Positions 9,569 to 19,221 of a stretch of DNA of 64,000 nucleotides are shown one piece after another. Source of the stretch: a bacterium (GTDB taxonomy: Bacteria; Myxococcota; UBA727; JAUIJE01); NCBI GenBank assembly GCA_030431455.1, contig JAUIJE010000018.1:12115-76114 (forward strand), in the 5' to 3' direction. The notes beneath the pieces were generated by a model. It did no database searches. It worked only from the letters and a program-made list of their open reading frames with translations, and was not told where the DNA came from. Each line of letters starts with the position of its first letter. Position 1 is the first letter of the stretch. The position numbers and the translations under genes were made by a program.

Positions 9569-10039
9569 ATGGAACGAAACATCGCCGGCCTGCTCTCGCT
9601 GAAGTTCGGCGCGACCGCCTCGCAGGTGGCCGCCGGCGCGGGCGACAACACCGAGGTCGACGGCACCGGCATCGACCGCCAGGGCGCCATGTCCGCCGCC
9701 ATCTGCGTCGTGGCCCGCTCCGTCCTGCAGGCGACGGAGACCAACACCATCAAGATGACCATCCAGGAGTCCTCGGACAACAGCAACTGGACGGACATCG
9801 CCGCAGCGCTGCAGCCGGAGGGTGCGGCCAACTCGACCATCCTCACCCAGCTGGGCGGGTCGGGCGGCACCACCGAGGAGGACGTGTACAAGCTCGCCTT
9901 GGACCTCTCCTCGCTCAAGCGCTACATCCGCGTGCAAATCCTCCCCGACCTGTCCGCGTCCGGCACCGACACCGCCGTCGTCGCGGCCGCGGTCGTCCTC
10001 GGTGGCCTCGACGTCGCCCCCGACACCGTCTCGCAGTAA
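9569..10039 (+). CDS. hypothetical head-module protein (156 aa; decoration-type position)
   Basis: Good RBS (GGAGGAG) 6 nt upstream of the ATG. Followed by a strong intrinsic terminator. Confidence 0.6.
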   Translation: MERNIAGLLSLKFGATASQVAAGAGDNTEVDGTGIDRQGAMSAAICVVARSVLQATETNTIKMTIQESSDNSNWTDIAAALQPEGAANSTILTQLGGSGGTTEEDVYKLALDLSSLKRYIRVQILPDLSASGTDTAVVAAAVVLGGLDVAPDTVSQ

Positions 10040-10065
10040 GCGCTGCCCACACATTGCTTACGCGG

Positions 10066-10104
10066 GGGCGCGGGCTGGTTTCGACATAGCCCGCGCCCTT
10101 TTTT
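10066..10104 (+). terminator. intrinsic terminator/attenuator inside the late operon
   Basis: An 11-bp perfect stem, GGGCGCGGGCT (10066-10076) / AGCCCGCGCCC (10088-10098), followed by TTTTTT. Confidence 0.6.
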
Positions 10105-10126
10105 CTGACCAACAGGAGGGCCCGTC

Positions 10127-10429
10127 ATGGCCAAAAAGGAAGCAACCAAGAAGGTCCCCGCGCTGCGCGCCCTGCGGCAGTTCGAGTGCTACAACGCCGG
10201 CGACGTGCTCTCGCTGCCGGAGAACGAGGCCAAGCGGGCGCGCGACCGCGGCCTCGTCGAAGACGTCCTCGTCGAGGTGCCCGGCGGCGCGGTGCACTCG
10301 GTGCCCAAACCCGAGCCGAAGCCGGAAGCAGAGGGCGGTGGCGACGGTGGCGACGGCGACCCGCCCAAGACCCCGACGGGCTCGGCCAACCGCGAGGACA
10401 CCAGCACGGCGAGCACCGCACGGCGGTAG
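10127..10429 (+). CDS. hypothetical phage protein (100 aa)
   Basis: RBS AGGAGG upstream. Lys-rich N-terminus and Gly/Asp/Pro-rich C-terminus. Confidence 0.5.
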   Translation: MAKKEATKKVPALRALRQFECYNAGDVLSLPENEAKRARDRGLVEDVLVEVPGGAVHSVPKPEPKPEAEGGGDGGDGDPPKTPTGSANREDTSTASTARR

Positions 10430-10432
10430 TCC

Positions 10433-11101
10433 ATGACCCTCTCTGATCGCGCCCTGGTGACGCTGGCGGATGTCCTCGACGAGCTGAACAAAAGCTCCGA
10501 CAGCGGCACCGTCGACGCGCGCCTCGAGCGCTACATCGAGGAGGCAAGTTCGCTCTGCGCCCGGTATTGCGATCGGGCGTTTGAGCGAGACCCCGCCATC
10601 AGCGAAGCCGTCGCCCCCCTCGGCGGCACCAAGCTGTATCTCAAACGCGGGCCCATCAACGCGGTGACCTCCGTGACCGTCGACGGCGCCGTGCTCGACT
10701 CCGGCGACTACGACCGGCGCCTCAACCGCTTCGGCGAGGGCGAATGCCTCTACCGCGCTTCGGGCTGGCCATGGCCCGCGGGCGTCGAGCCGAGCCCAGG
10801 CTATCCGCAGATTCCCGACACCGAGGACGAGACCATCACCGTCGTCTATGACGGCGGCTACATCACGGGCGGGCAGAGCACGAACGGGCACGCCACCTAC
10901 AACGGTCAGACCCCGACGGTCCCCGCCGACCTCGCCGGCTCGGTGCTGCAGATGGTGTGCACCCGGTGGCATGGCCGCGGGAAGGACCGCCGCATCACGC
11001 AGGAGACCCACGAGGGCGCGACGTACACCTACGGCGGCGTCCCGCTCCCCGTCGAGGTCACCGCGGTCTGGGACTTCTACCGGCACTGGGGCCAGGCGTG
11101 A
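10433..11101 (+). CDS. head-tail connector (gp6-like) protein
   Basis: The N-terminus TLADVLDELNKSSDSGTVDARLERYIEEASSLCARYCDRAF matches the style of gp6-like head-tail connector proteins. Position fits. Confidence 0.6.
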   Translation: MTLSDRALVTLADVLDELNKSSDSGTVDARLERYIEEASSLCARYCDRAFERDPAISEAVAPLGGTKLYLKRGPINAVTSVTVDGAVLDSGDYDRRLNRFGEGECLYRASGWPWPAGVEPSPGYPQIPDTEDETITVVYDGGYITGGQSTNGHATYNGQTPTVPADLAGSVLQMVCTRWHGRGKDRRITQETHEGATYTYGGVPLPVEVTAVWDFYRHWGQA

Positions 11102-11517
11102 GCCTGCACCTCGGCGTCGACCTGCGCGGCACCGACGTCCGCGCCCGCCGCGACATCGAAGAGGCTGGCGACGCTGTGCGCGAGGCGTGGAAGGTCGCCC
11201 ACTTCCGGCTGGCCGAGGACATCATCGATGCCGCGCTGCGCGACGTCCCCGTGCGCACCGGCCGGCTCAAGCGCTCCCGCTTCGTCGAGCGGCGCCATCC
11301 CGTGCCCTTCGGCTTCAGCGCCGAGTACGCGTACACCGTGCACGAGCTCCACCGCGGCCGCGGCAAGAAGTACCTGCAGCATGCGATCAGCACCGCCCAC
11401 GGCACTGCGCAACGGACCCTGGCAGCTCACTTCCGACGCGCGCTTGCCACCGGTGAGACGCTTGCCAGCATTTCCGGCCGTCATCCGTCACGGCCCGTCG
11501 AGGGTGGTGCCCGATGA
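11098..11517 (+). CDS. HK97 gp10-family head-tail joining protein
   Basis: GTGA-coupled GTG start. The motif DVPVRTGRLKRS resembles the PVDTGxLRxS signature of the gp10 family. Confidence 0.65.
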   Translation: MSLHLGVDLRGTDVRARRDIEEAGDAVREAWKVAHFRLAEDIIDAALRDVPVRTGRLKRSRFVERRHPVPFGFSAEYAYTVHELHRGRGKKYLQHAISTAHGTAQRTLAAHFRRALATGETLASISGRHPSRPVEGGAR

Positions 11518-11963
11518 CCGTCTCCACCCCCGCCTTCGCCGGCGACCTCATCGCCCGCATCGCCACGCTCAACCCGGGCCCGGGGGACTGGTTGCTCTCG
11601 GGCATCGGGCGGAACCTCTGGGCGCACCCCGAGCGGCCGGCCGGCGGCGACATCGGGCACGAGGCGCTGTTCGTGGACCCGTCGGGGGGCGCGCGGTTCA
11701 ACCTTCACGGTGACGGCCAGTGGCGCGAGCACGACGCCCAGCTGCTCTACCGCTACCCCCTGGCCGACTACGGCACCGAGGAGGAGGCGGCCACCGCGGC
11801 GTGGGCGAGGATGTCGCGCCTGTTCGACGTCCTGCATCTCTCCGGCGACTTCGTCGGCGCCGTGTCGTCTGCGGCCTACCAAGACATCCGAGCCATCGAC
11901 GCCGCGCGGCTGCTCCCGAACCACTACTGCGTTCTCAACGTCACCGCCTGGTACGACTCATGA
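11514..11963 (+). CDS. tail completion/terminator-position protein (149 aa)
   Basis: ATGA coupling. Assignment is by position between gp10-like and tail tube genes only. Confidence 0.5.
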   Translation: MTVSTPAFAGDLIARIATLNPGPGDWLLSGIGRNLWAHPERPAGGDIGHEALFVDPSGGARFNLHGDGQWREHDAQLLYRYPLADYGTEEEAATAAWARMSRLFDVLHLSGDFVGAVSSAAYQDIRAIDAARLLPNHYCVLNVTAWYDS

Positions 11964-12253
11964 AAACCCCCAACAACACCGCGGCCCTGGCCGTGCTCGT
12001 GCCCCTCGTCGACGCCATCGCCAACGGCCGCGCCGACGTGGTCTCGCTGGCCACTGCGGACGGCGAGGACGACAAGGCCGAGGTCGGCATCGTGTGGCGG
12101 CAGTGCGTGCCCCCGGCGCCGAGCCCCTACGTGCCCCCCGTCCATGCCGATGACCCGCGGTTCTGCCGCGACTGCGGTGGAGAGGCCCAGCACCTCGCCG
12201 AGGGCTACTTCTGCACCGCGTGCGGCACCAACTGGCCTGATGCCCCAGCTTGA
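11960..12253 (+). CDS. hypothetical phage protein with C-terminal zinc-ribbon-like CxxC pairs (97 aa)
   Basis: ATGA-coupled ATG at 11960. FCRDCGG...FCTACG. Confidence 0.45.
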   Translation: MKTPNNTAALAVLVPLVDAIANGRADVVSLATADGEDDKAEVGIVWRQCVPPAPSPYVPPVHADDPRFCRDCGGEAQHLAEGYFCTACGTNWPDAPA

Positions 12254-12290
12254 GCCCGGGCGACGTTGAGGGTTGTAGGAGGTCGCGAAA

Positions 12291-12704
12291 ATGGCAACTG
12301 GACTCGGACGCCTTTCAGAGGTCTACATCGGCACCAGCAGCCCGGCGACGACCAAGCTGACGCAGATCACCGACCCGTCGGAAAGCCTCGACCACAAGCG
12401 CGCTGACACCACGACCAACGACAGCGGTGGGGACGAGGAACACGTCGTCACCCACAAGAGCGGCTCGATGAGCCTGAAGATCCTCTGGGACCCCGCGTCC
12501 CCGACGTGCCAGTCCCTGATCACCCATCACCAAAGCGGCGACCCCATCTACATCCGGCATCGCCCCCACGGGACGAGCAGCGGCTACATCCAGCACGACT
12601 TCCAGGCCACCGTCGTTCTCAAAGACAGCGCCCCCGTCGGCGGCGTGTCGACCATGGACGTGACCTTCACGCGCACCGGCGCGATGACCCCCTCCAACCA
12701 ATAG
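12291..12704 (+). CDS. major tail (tube) protein
   Basis: 137 aa. Position directly upstream of the chaperone pair and tape measure. Sequence style of TP901-1/phi13-type tail tube proteins. Confidence 0.65.
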   Translation: MATGLGRLSEVYIGTSSPATTKLTQITDPSESLDHKRADTTTNDSGGDEEHVVTHKSGSMSLKILWDPASPTCQSLITHHQSGDPIYIRHRPHGTSSGYIQHDFQATVVLKDSAPVGGVSTMDVTFTRTGAMTPSNQ

Positions 12705-12741
12705 GGCATAGCCCACAACCCGCACCACGGGAGGCCACAGC

Positions 12742-13110
12742 ATGGCTCGCGCACAACTGGAGCTCGACGGCAAGACGCTCGAACTCCTTCTCAACTGGAA
12801 CTCGGTCGACGCCATCGAGGGGGAACTCAAAACCTCGCTCGAGGACGGCCTGCGTTCGCCCGGCTTTCGCTACATCGCCACCGTCGCCAGCGCCTGCATC
12901 CGCGAGGCGAAGCCCAACGAGAAGATGCACCGGCGCCGCTTCGGCACGCTGCTCAAGCGCAGCCCCGACGTGAGGTTCGAGGACGTCCGCAAGGTCGTGA
13001 TCAAACTCATCGAGGACCACATGCGCGAGGCGGGGACGCTCGACGCTGATGACCTCGGCGAGGAGGACGACACGCCGGACCCTCGACGAGGGGACGCATC
13101 GCCCGAATAG
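12742..13110 (+). CDS. tail assembly chaperone (G-like)
   Basis: 122-aa acidic-tailed protein between the tube and tape measure genes. Confidence 0.55.
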   Translation: MARAQLELDGKTLELLLNWNSVDAIEGELKTSLEDGLRSPGFRYIATVASACIREAKPNEKMHRRRFGTLLKRSPDVRFEDVRKVVIKLIEDHMREAGTLDADDLGEEDDTPDPRRGDASPE

Positions 13111-13142
13111 CGGGCCGCTACGGCGTCCCCGTCGCCGACCTC

Positions 13143-13415
13143 ATGCCGCTCGACGCCGCCGAGACCGCCGAGTTTTTGAAGGGCGCAAGGGCCCGCGAGG
13201 AGGCCAACGCCTACTGGTTTGCCCGCATCGAAAGCCTCCTACTTGCGGCGCTCGGCGGCGAGCACGTCGAACCAGCTGAGATTGTCACCGGTGAGCGCAG
13301 TCATCAGCGCGGAGACATCGACTTTGCGGCGAAGGCGGCCGAGGTGCGCCGCCTCGAGGACGAGAAGGACGAGCGTTGGTGGCGTGCTTGGCGTCGTCGT
13401 AGGGGTAAAGAATGA
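13143..13415 (+). CDS. tail assembly chaperone T-like segment (possibly expressed as a -1 frameshift extension of 12742..13110)
   Basis: Lies in the -1 frame relative to the G-like ORF. That frame is open from 13050 across the G stop at 13108-13110. No good RBS before the ATG at 13143. Confidence 0.4.
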   Translation: MPLDAAETAEFLKGARAREEANAYWFARIESLLLAALGGEHVEPAEIVTGERSHQRGDIDFAAKAAEVRRLEDEKDERWWRAWRRRRGKE

Positions 13416-15586
13416 GCACACGCGTCGGAGCTGTCACCGGTGTTCTCGAGGGCGAGGACCGCGGCTTTTCAGAAGCCGTCGAGATGGTCACGCGCATGCT
13501 CGACAAGATGAGCGAGTCCGCGAAGGCGAATGCGGCAAAGCTGAAGGAGCTCACGGCGGCAAGCGAAGGCACCGAGAAGGCCTCGCGAAAGATGAGCCAG
13601 AGCGCGAAAGCAAACGCCGAGAAGGTGAAGCAGCTCACCGACCACATGGACCACCTCGACGATCGGGCGACGCGTGTCCAGACGGCGATCAGTGGTGTGG
13701 CCTCAGCACTCGGGTTTTCCGGGACGCGCATTGCGGACCTCGCAGGCGGCGTCGCCGACCTCGCCATGAACTTCGCCTCGGGCGGCTTGCTGCTGACGGG
13801 CATTTCCCTTCTGGGCGTGGCCGTGGCTGCCGCCTATGCACATTTCAAAGACCTCAAGTCCGGGATCGAGGAGGCATCGTCCGCGCTCGACGAATACTTC
13901 GTGAAGATGCTGGACGACGCGAAGAGGAAAGCCGACGACGCCGCAGAGGCAGTCCGCAACTTTGGGAAGAGCGCAACGCAGGCTGCGATGGACGCGGTCA
14001 AGGCCGAACGCTCACAGGCGGAGGCAATTGAGAGCGGAGCTCTGCGCATGCGGCAGCTGGCTTCCCAATACCTCACGAAAGTCCGTGGGAAGAACCAGGC
14101 GCTTGCCGGTGCGACCGCCCAAGAGATCCTCGACATTGTCTCTGGGGTAACGGCGGCGCCCGGTCTCACCAAGGGGATCAACGTTGCCCAAACGAAGGTC
14201 TGGGCGGAGCAATACCTGCTTGCTGAGAAGCGGCTTGACGGCGTCCGCAATGCGCTGCCCGAGATTCTTCGTCGCGAAGCGGAGCTCGCCGAACTGCTCA
14301 AGAAACAGAACGAGGAACGGAAAACAGCCGCGGCCTTGGCGGCGAAATCGTTCAATCCAAACCTGAACTACACGTCGGACCCTGGCACGGCGGCAGGCCT
14401 TGCGATTCTCGGACAAACTCAGTTGCGGCTGGGGATGGACGAGACCCCTGCGGATAAGGTCCGAGAGAGCGCCAGCGACGAAGCGATTCGCAGGGTCATT
14501 GCCAACGACGAGCGCGTGACGGAAAAGCTCCGGCAGGACACCTTCAATCTGTCGGAGGCCAGCAAGGACACAGCCAGGAGCCTTGAGAATGTGCGCACGG
14601 CTTTCGACGCTGTCACTCCCAGCCTCCGCGTCTTCGACGCTGCGCTGGCCGGAAGAGGGTTTGAAGGGGCTGGCGCCGAAGTTGGTGCCATGGCCGGCGG
14701 CGTCGTGGGTTCTTTCTTTGGCGGAGCGGCAATTGGTGAGGCGATCGGCGGTGCTCTCGGTGCCGTGGCGGGCGGAGCAATCGACAGCCTCGTGGGGGTA
14801 CTTGGGACTCTGACCCCGCTATTCGATGCGTTCGGCGTCGTGGTCAAGGCGCTGTCGCCGATCTTCATCGTTCTGAAATCGATCTTCCAGGAGTTCGGCG
14901 ACCTCTTCATCATGGCCCTTGTCCCGGGCGTCCACGCTTTCGCAGAGTCAATTGCCATTGTGCTGATCGGCGCCCTCCGATTTCTGCAAGTGGTCGGTCC
15001 GTTCGCTGCACTCATCATTGGCGGAGTTCTTAATGCGCTCTACGGATTTACGGAGGGCCTCGCCCAGGTGTTGATCTTCGTCGACAATGTCGCCCTCAGG
15101 CCCCTCGCCAACGGCGCGCGCGACGTGGCGAACATGCTCATCACTTTTCAAAACGTGCTGATCGACTGGATCCGCGCGACGATTCCCGGGCTTCAAGAGT
15201 TCGGGATCAAGCTCGAGCAGCTCGACGTCGTCGGCCACTCTTCAGCGATCGCAGACTTTGCCACGTCGCTCGACGAGATCCGCGCCTACGGCGAGGACCA
15301 GGTCGACGCCACCGAGGACAACACCGAGGTGATGCGCGAGTTCACCCGCTCGCTCACCAACATCCCCAACGGCTACCGCATCCGCCTCACCGAGTTCCGC
15401 ACGCAGCCTCTCCAAGAGGGCCAACTCTCCGCGGGCGGCATGGGCACCACCATCAACGGCGGCATGCACCTCAACCTCGGCAACCCCGGCGTTGAGCAGC
15501 AGCTCGCGCGCTCCGCGGTGCGTCGGAACGGGTCCGTCACCGGTGGCGCCAATCGTCGACGGAACGGCGGGGCAGGGTCCAACTGA
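13412..15586 (+). CDS. tail tape measure protein
   Basis: 724 aa, helical and Ala/Lys/Glu-rich. Contains a Gly-zipper hydrophobic block (GAMAGGVVGSFFGGAAIGEAIGGALGAVAGGAI). Canonical position. Confidence 0.8.
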   Translation: MSTRVGAVTGVLEGEDRGFSEAVEMVTRMLDKMSESAKANAAKLKELTAASEGTEKASRKMSQSAKANAEKVKQLTDHMDHLDDRATRVQTAISGVASALGFSGTRIADLAGGVADLAMNFASGGLLLTGISLLGVAVAAAYAHFKDLKSGIEEASSALDEYFVKMLDDAKRKADDAAEAVRNFGKSATQAAMDAVKAERSQAEAIESGALRMRQLASQYLTKVRGKNQALAGATAQEILDIVSGVTAAPGLTKGINVAQTKVWAEQYLLAEKRLDGVRNALPEILRREAELAELLKKQNEERKTAAALAAKSFNPNLNYTSDPGTAAGLAILGQTQLRLGMDETPADKVRESASDEAIRRVIANDERVTEKLRQDTFNLSEASKDTARSLENVRTAFDAVTPSLRVFDAALAGRGFEGAGAEVGAMAGGVVGSFFGGAAIGEAIGGALGAVAGGAIDSLVGVLGTLTPLFDAFGVVVKALSPIFIVLKSIFQEFGDLFIMALVPGVHAFAESIAIVLIGALRFLQVVGPFAALIIGGVLNALYGFTEGLAQVLIFVDNVALRPLANGARDVANMLITFQNVLIDWIRATIPGLQEFGIKLEQLDVVGHSSAIADFATSLDEIRAYGEDQVDATEDNTEVMREFTRSLTNIPNGYRIRLTEFRTQPLQEGQLSAGGMGTTINGGMHLNLGNPGVEQQLARSAVRRNGSVTGGANRRRNGGAGSN

Positions 15587-16455
15587 TGCCGCACATGTCC
15601 ATCAACGGCATCACCTTCGCCACCGCGTCCGATGCGGTGTTCGACGAGCCCGAGTTCGTCGGCGAGATCGGAGAGCGGTCGGTGAACGGCACCTTCGTCG
15701 GGACCGAGATCGTCGAGAAGGACGTGTTCCGCGGCCGCACCGTCTATGCCCTCGCGGCGACCGCTGAGGCCTGGCGATCGTTGATCAACGGCGACGGGCA
15801 CGCGTTCCACTTCGAGAACAACGACGCATACAGTGACAAGGGCCTGGCTCCGAGCGCGGGAACCTACACGACACCCTCTGGGACGGCGAAGCATGGGACG
15901 CGGTCCCTTCTCGTCGCCTCTGGGCAGTCCATCTCGTACGCCCTCGCCGGGAAAATGGGGCGTCCCGGGTGGACCTACGCCGATGGGTGGACGTTCGTCG
16001 GCTGGAAGCACGAGGGCTCCTCGTTCGCCCACTACATCGCGACCGGCAAGGCCATCGCCGCAGCCGGCGTCGAAGACCCTGCGGGCATCACGCAATACGA
16101 GGACGGCGTCGCCGGCACCTACGGCCTCGGCTACTGGCTCGACGTCCTCGCGACGGACACGGTGACGCTCAAGGGCCGCGACGGTGCCAACGCGGGCACC
16201 AACTGCTACTTCGATGACTTTGCCTTCTGGCCTTTCGAGATGCCCGCGGCCTGGGCGCCGCAGCTCTACACCTGGCACAATGCAAATGCACTACCGACCC
16301 AGCCGCGCGTCATTGTCGCGGGTGACGTGACGGAGCGCAGCGCCGGTGTCGAGTGTCGCGGCCGCGTCACCAGCATCACCCAAGGCAACGCCCGGATCGA
16401 TGGCGCGCACCGCAACAACGCGCGCATCCTCGAGTTCGCGCTTTTTGAGCGGTGA
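15586..16455 (+). CDS. distal tail protein-position gene (289 aa)
   Basis: Start overlaps the tape measure stop. Assignment is by position only. Confidence 0.5.
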   Translation: MPHMSINGITFATASDAVFDEPEFVGEIGERSVNGTFVGTEIVEKDVFRGRTVYALAATAEAWRSLINGDGHAFHFENNDAYSDKGLAPSAGTYTTPSGTAKHGTRSLLVASGQSISYALAGKMGRPGWTYADGWTFVGWKHEGSSFAHYIATGKAIAAAGVEDPAGITQYEDGVAGTYGLGYWLDVLATDTVTLKGRDGANAGTNCYFDDFAFWPFEMPAAWAPQLYTWHNANALPTQPRVIVAGDVTERSAGVECRGRVTSITQGNARIDGAHRNNARILEFALFER

Positions 16456-16458
16456 GCC

Positions 16459-19221
16459 ATGGGCCGCGCCCTCCACACCCCGCACCAGGCCCTCACCCTC
16501 GCAGCCGGCGACAACGACACCATCGCGCTGTTCCTCTGCGATGAGAGCACGCTTGGCGATGGAATGCTCGAGGAGGTCAGCGGCAACAATGCCACCGACG
16601 CCTTTGGCGGTACCGAGGTCGCCGGTGGGTTGTTCGCGGTCCCGCAGGGGAGCACTGGTGCACGGGTCTTCACCGGCACGGAATACCAAACGCTCAACAG
16701 TGACAACCCCACCCGCGCCGCCCTCGTCGCCGACGACCTCACCTTTGAGGCGTGGGTGCGGCCGGACGCCCTCGGGGGCACGCAAGTCGTGCTCGAGCAC
16801 GGCGCCGCGGGGGAGACGGAAGCAGCCAACATCCTGATTCAGGTGGCCTTTTCGGGCTCAGAGCTTCGTTGGCTTTGGGAGACGGGCGCGGGGACGAACG
16901 TCTCTGGCACGACCAGTGGCGCCGCGTTCACCGACACCTTTGTCTACCACGTGGCCGTCGTGCGGCGCACCGCCGCGAGCGGAACCGCCGACAAGGTCGA
17001 CGTCGACGTGTTCGTCAACGGCGGGCTCTACCAGCAGTGGACCGACCAGGACGCGCCGAGCGGCGGCACGCTGACCAACTGGACCATCGCGGCGAATGTC
17101 TCCGGCGGAGACCTGTACGAGGGAGCGGTCGACGACATCCGGCTTTCGTCGTTCGCTGCCGAGCCCGAGGCCATCCGCGAAACCTACGCCGCGGGCATCC
17201 GCGACTTCGACGAGGCCGCCGTCCTCGACTGCGACACCTATGCGAGCTTCGACCGGGTGCGCGTGCTCACCGACAACGGATGGGTTGACCTCTCCAATCT
17301 GCGCGGCGTCGACTTCGTGCATAGCATCGAAGACGGCAGCGACACCGACGACACCGACGCCTATTGCACGGTGACGCTGTTCCGGCGCCGCGCGGATGTG
17401 AGCGTCGCCCCAATGATGGACGGTTCGGTGGTGAACGCCGTGGACGCGGGCGGCACGCTCCTCACGCTGCGCTCGCGCGTGCTCGTCGAGTCCGCGGTGG
17501 TGCCCGAGGGCTGGGCGTTCGGCCAGGTCGGCCCGCATTGGCGCGTGGTGTTCGACGGCGTGATCGGAGGCTACGAGCCGGCATCGAACTACATCGACGT
17601 GCGGGTGGTGACCGCCAAAACTGAGTTGCACGAGACGTTCATCGAGCCCGACCGCGGGTCCTCGCCGCCCATTGACCGCGAGTACGGTTCCTCCGGTGGG
17701 ACCGCAGTCGAGGGCGAACTGCAGGACATCATCGACGACAATGAGCCTGCAGCAGGCTACAACCGCCCGCAGCTTCTCTACACGCCCTCGTCGCCCGGGT
17801 GGAACGTCCTCGAGTTCGTGACCCCGCCGACCATGACCGTGGGGCAGGAACTCGACGAGGTCGCCCGGTCGATTGGCTGGCTCATCAAAACGATCTGGGA
17901 CGACCGGCGGAAGCTTCACCGGCTCACGTTCTACGAGCCCGACCGCGCAACGGGTTGGACCTCCGGCGACCTCGAGCTCACCCCTGACCGTGTGCTCGCG
18001 ACGAACCGGTTTGAAACTGACTTCGCCTACACCCGCAACGCGGTCGAGGTCGAATACGGGGACAGCGCCTCGACCGACAACACCGGAACCATCGAGCGCG
18101 CCACCGTGCTCGTCGAGGATGCTGCATCCATTGCGAAGTGGGGGCGGCGCTACTGCCGCATCGGCATCGCCACCACCGACCGGCTGAACAACGTCACCCA
18201 AGCCACCGAGCTCGCCAACAACGTCCTGTCCGACCTCAAGGACCCGCTCATCGAGGCCGAGGTCGACATCCGCTACAACCCCACCGTCGAGCTGCACGAC
18301 ATGGCCCGCTACTACGCGGACAACCTTCGGCTCGACTCGGACATCGATCTCGCGGTGGTGGGCTACCGGCACCGGCGCTCCGCGGACGAGCGGCGCACGA
18401 CCCTGACGCTGCGCGGCGCCAAGCCCGCGGGCCACGTGCGCCGCTGGTTCGACGACGGCATCGTCGCCGCCGGTCACATCGACGGGCTGCAGACCCGGCC
18501 CCCCGACCAGCCAACCAACCTCACGGTCGCGGGCATCGCCACCGGCCTGGCCGTGGCCTGGGACCACCCCGCAAACCGCGGGTTCCGTGACGTGCAGCGC
18601 ACCGAGGTCCACGTCTCGACGTCGAACGGCTTCACCCCTTCGTCGTCGACGCTGGTGGCCGTGGCCGACACGAACTCCATCGTCATCCAGGACCTCGACC
18701 CGGAGCAGGGGCCCTACTACGTAAAGGTGCTCCTGCGCGATTCGGCGAACAACGTGTCGGCGCCGAGCGCCCAGGCCGGTGCAGGGGTTTACTTCACCGC
18801 GGCCATCCCCCGCTTCCGAGCCCGCGTGACCACCGCGTCGTCGACGACCTACACCACGACGCCGGCGCACCTGGACCCCACCGCGGGCTCTGGCGCTGCA
18901 ACCGAGGACTACGACGTCGGCGCCAACCTGGCGGCGGACTGGACGTTCACCGCGCCCGTCGACGGGCAATACCGGTTTAGCGTGTACCTGCCGTTCGATG
19001 GGGCCGCCACCGGAACGAGCGCGCACCTCTACGCGGACAAGGGCTCGGGGTATGCCCTCGAGATCGCCGGCCCATCGTTCGCCGGCACGAATTGCATGGT
19101 CACCGGCACCATCGACCTGCGAGCCGGCGACACCGTGCGCGTCTACGCTGCAGCGTCGGCGGGTTCCCGCGTGCAACTCGGCGCACGCTTTGAGGGTGAA
19201 CTCATCGGAGACGCGACATGA
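16459..19221 (+). CDS. tail fibre / host-specificity protein (LamG-like N-domain, FN3, C1q-like C-terminal jelly roll)
   Basis: LTFEAWVRPD...YEGAVDDIRLS is LamG-like. PDQPTNLTVAGIATGLAVAWDHP...YYVKVLLRDSANNVS is FN3-like. The C-terminal DGQYRFSVYL...LRAGDTVRVYA is a C1q/TNF-like signature. Confidence 0.7.
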   Translation: MGRALHTPHQALTLAAGDNDTIALFLCDESTLGDGMLEEVSGNNATDAFGGTEVAGGLFAVPQGSTGARVFTGTEYQTLNSDNPTRAALVADDLTFEAWVRPDALGGTQVVLEHGAAGETEAANILIQVAFSGSELRWLWETGAGTNVSGTTSGAAFTDTFVYHVAVVRRTAASGTADKVDVDVFVNGGLYQQWTDQDAPSGGTLTNWTIAANVSGGDLYEGAVDDIRLSSFAAEPEAIRETYAAGIRDFDEAAVLDCDTYASFDRVRVLTDNGWVDLSNLRGVDFVHSIEDGSDTDDTDAYCTVTLFRRRADVSVAPMMDGSVVNAVDAGGTLLTLRSRVLVESAVVPEGWAFGQVGPHWRVVFDGVIGGYEPASNYIDVRVVTAKTELHETFIEPDRGSSPPIDREYGSSGGTAVEGELQDIIDDNEPAAGYNRPQLLYTPSSPGWNVLEFVTPPTMTVGQELDEVARSIGWLIKTIWDDRRKLHRLTFYEPDRATGWTSGDLELTPDRVLATNRFETDFAYTRNAVEVEYGDSASTDNTGTIERATVLVEDAASIAKWGRRYCRIGIATTDRLNNVTQATELANNVLSDLKDPLIEAEVDIRYNPTVELHDMARYYADNLRLDSDIDLAVVGYRHRRSADERRTTLTLRGAKPAGHVRRWFDDGIVAAGHIDGLQTRPPDQPTNLTVAGIATGLAVAWDHPANRGFRDVQRTEVHVSTSNGFTPSSSTLVAVADTNSIVIQDLDPEQGPYYVKVLLRDSANNVSAPSAQAGAGVYFTAAIPRFRARVTTASSTTYTTTPAHLDPTAGSGAATEDYDVGANLAADWTFTAPVDGQYRFSVYLPFDGAATGTSAHLYADKGSGYALEIAGPSFAGTNCMVTGTIDLRAGDTVRVYAAASAGSRVQLGARFEGELIGDAT

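Noticed and set aside
6647-10054. 1135-aa minus-strand ORF spanning the protease, capsid and neighbouring genes
   Set aside because: Its composition is Gly/Arg/Ala/Val/His/Asp-rich with no motifs. It is antisense to genes that carry clear HK97 protease and capsid signatures. Long antisense ORFs are expected in GC-rich DNA because stop codons are AT-rich.
13050-13110. Canonical XXXYYYZ slippery site for the tail chaperone frameshift
   Set aside because: None is present in the overlap window. The frameshift is kept only as a position-based hypothesis.
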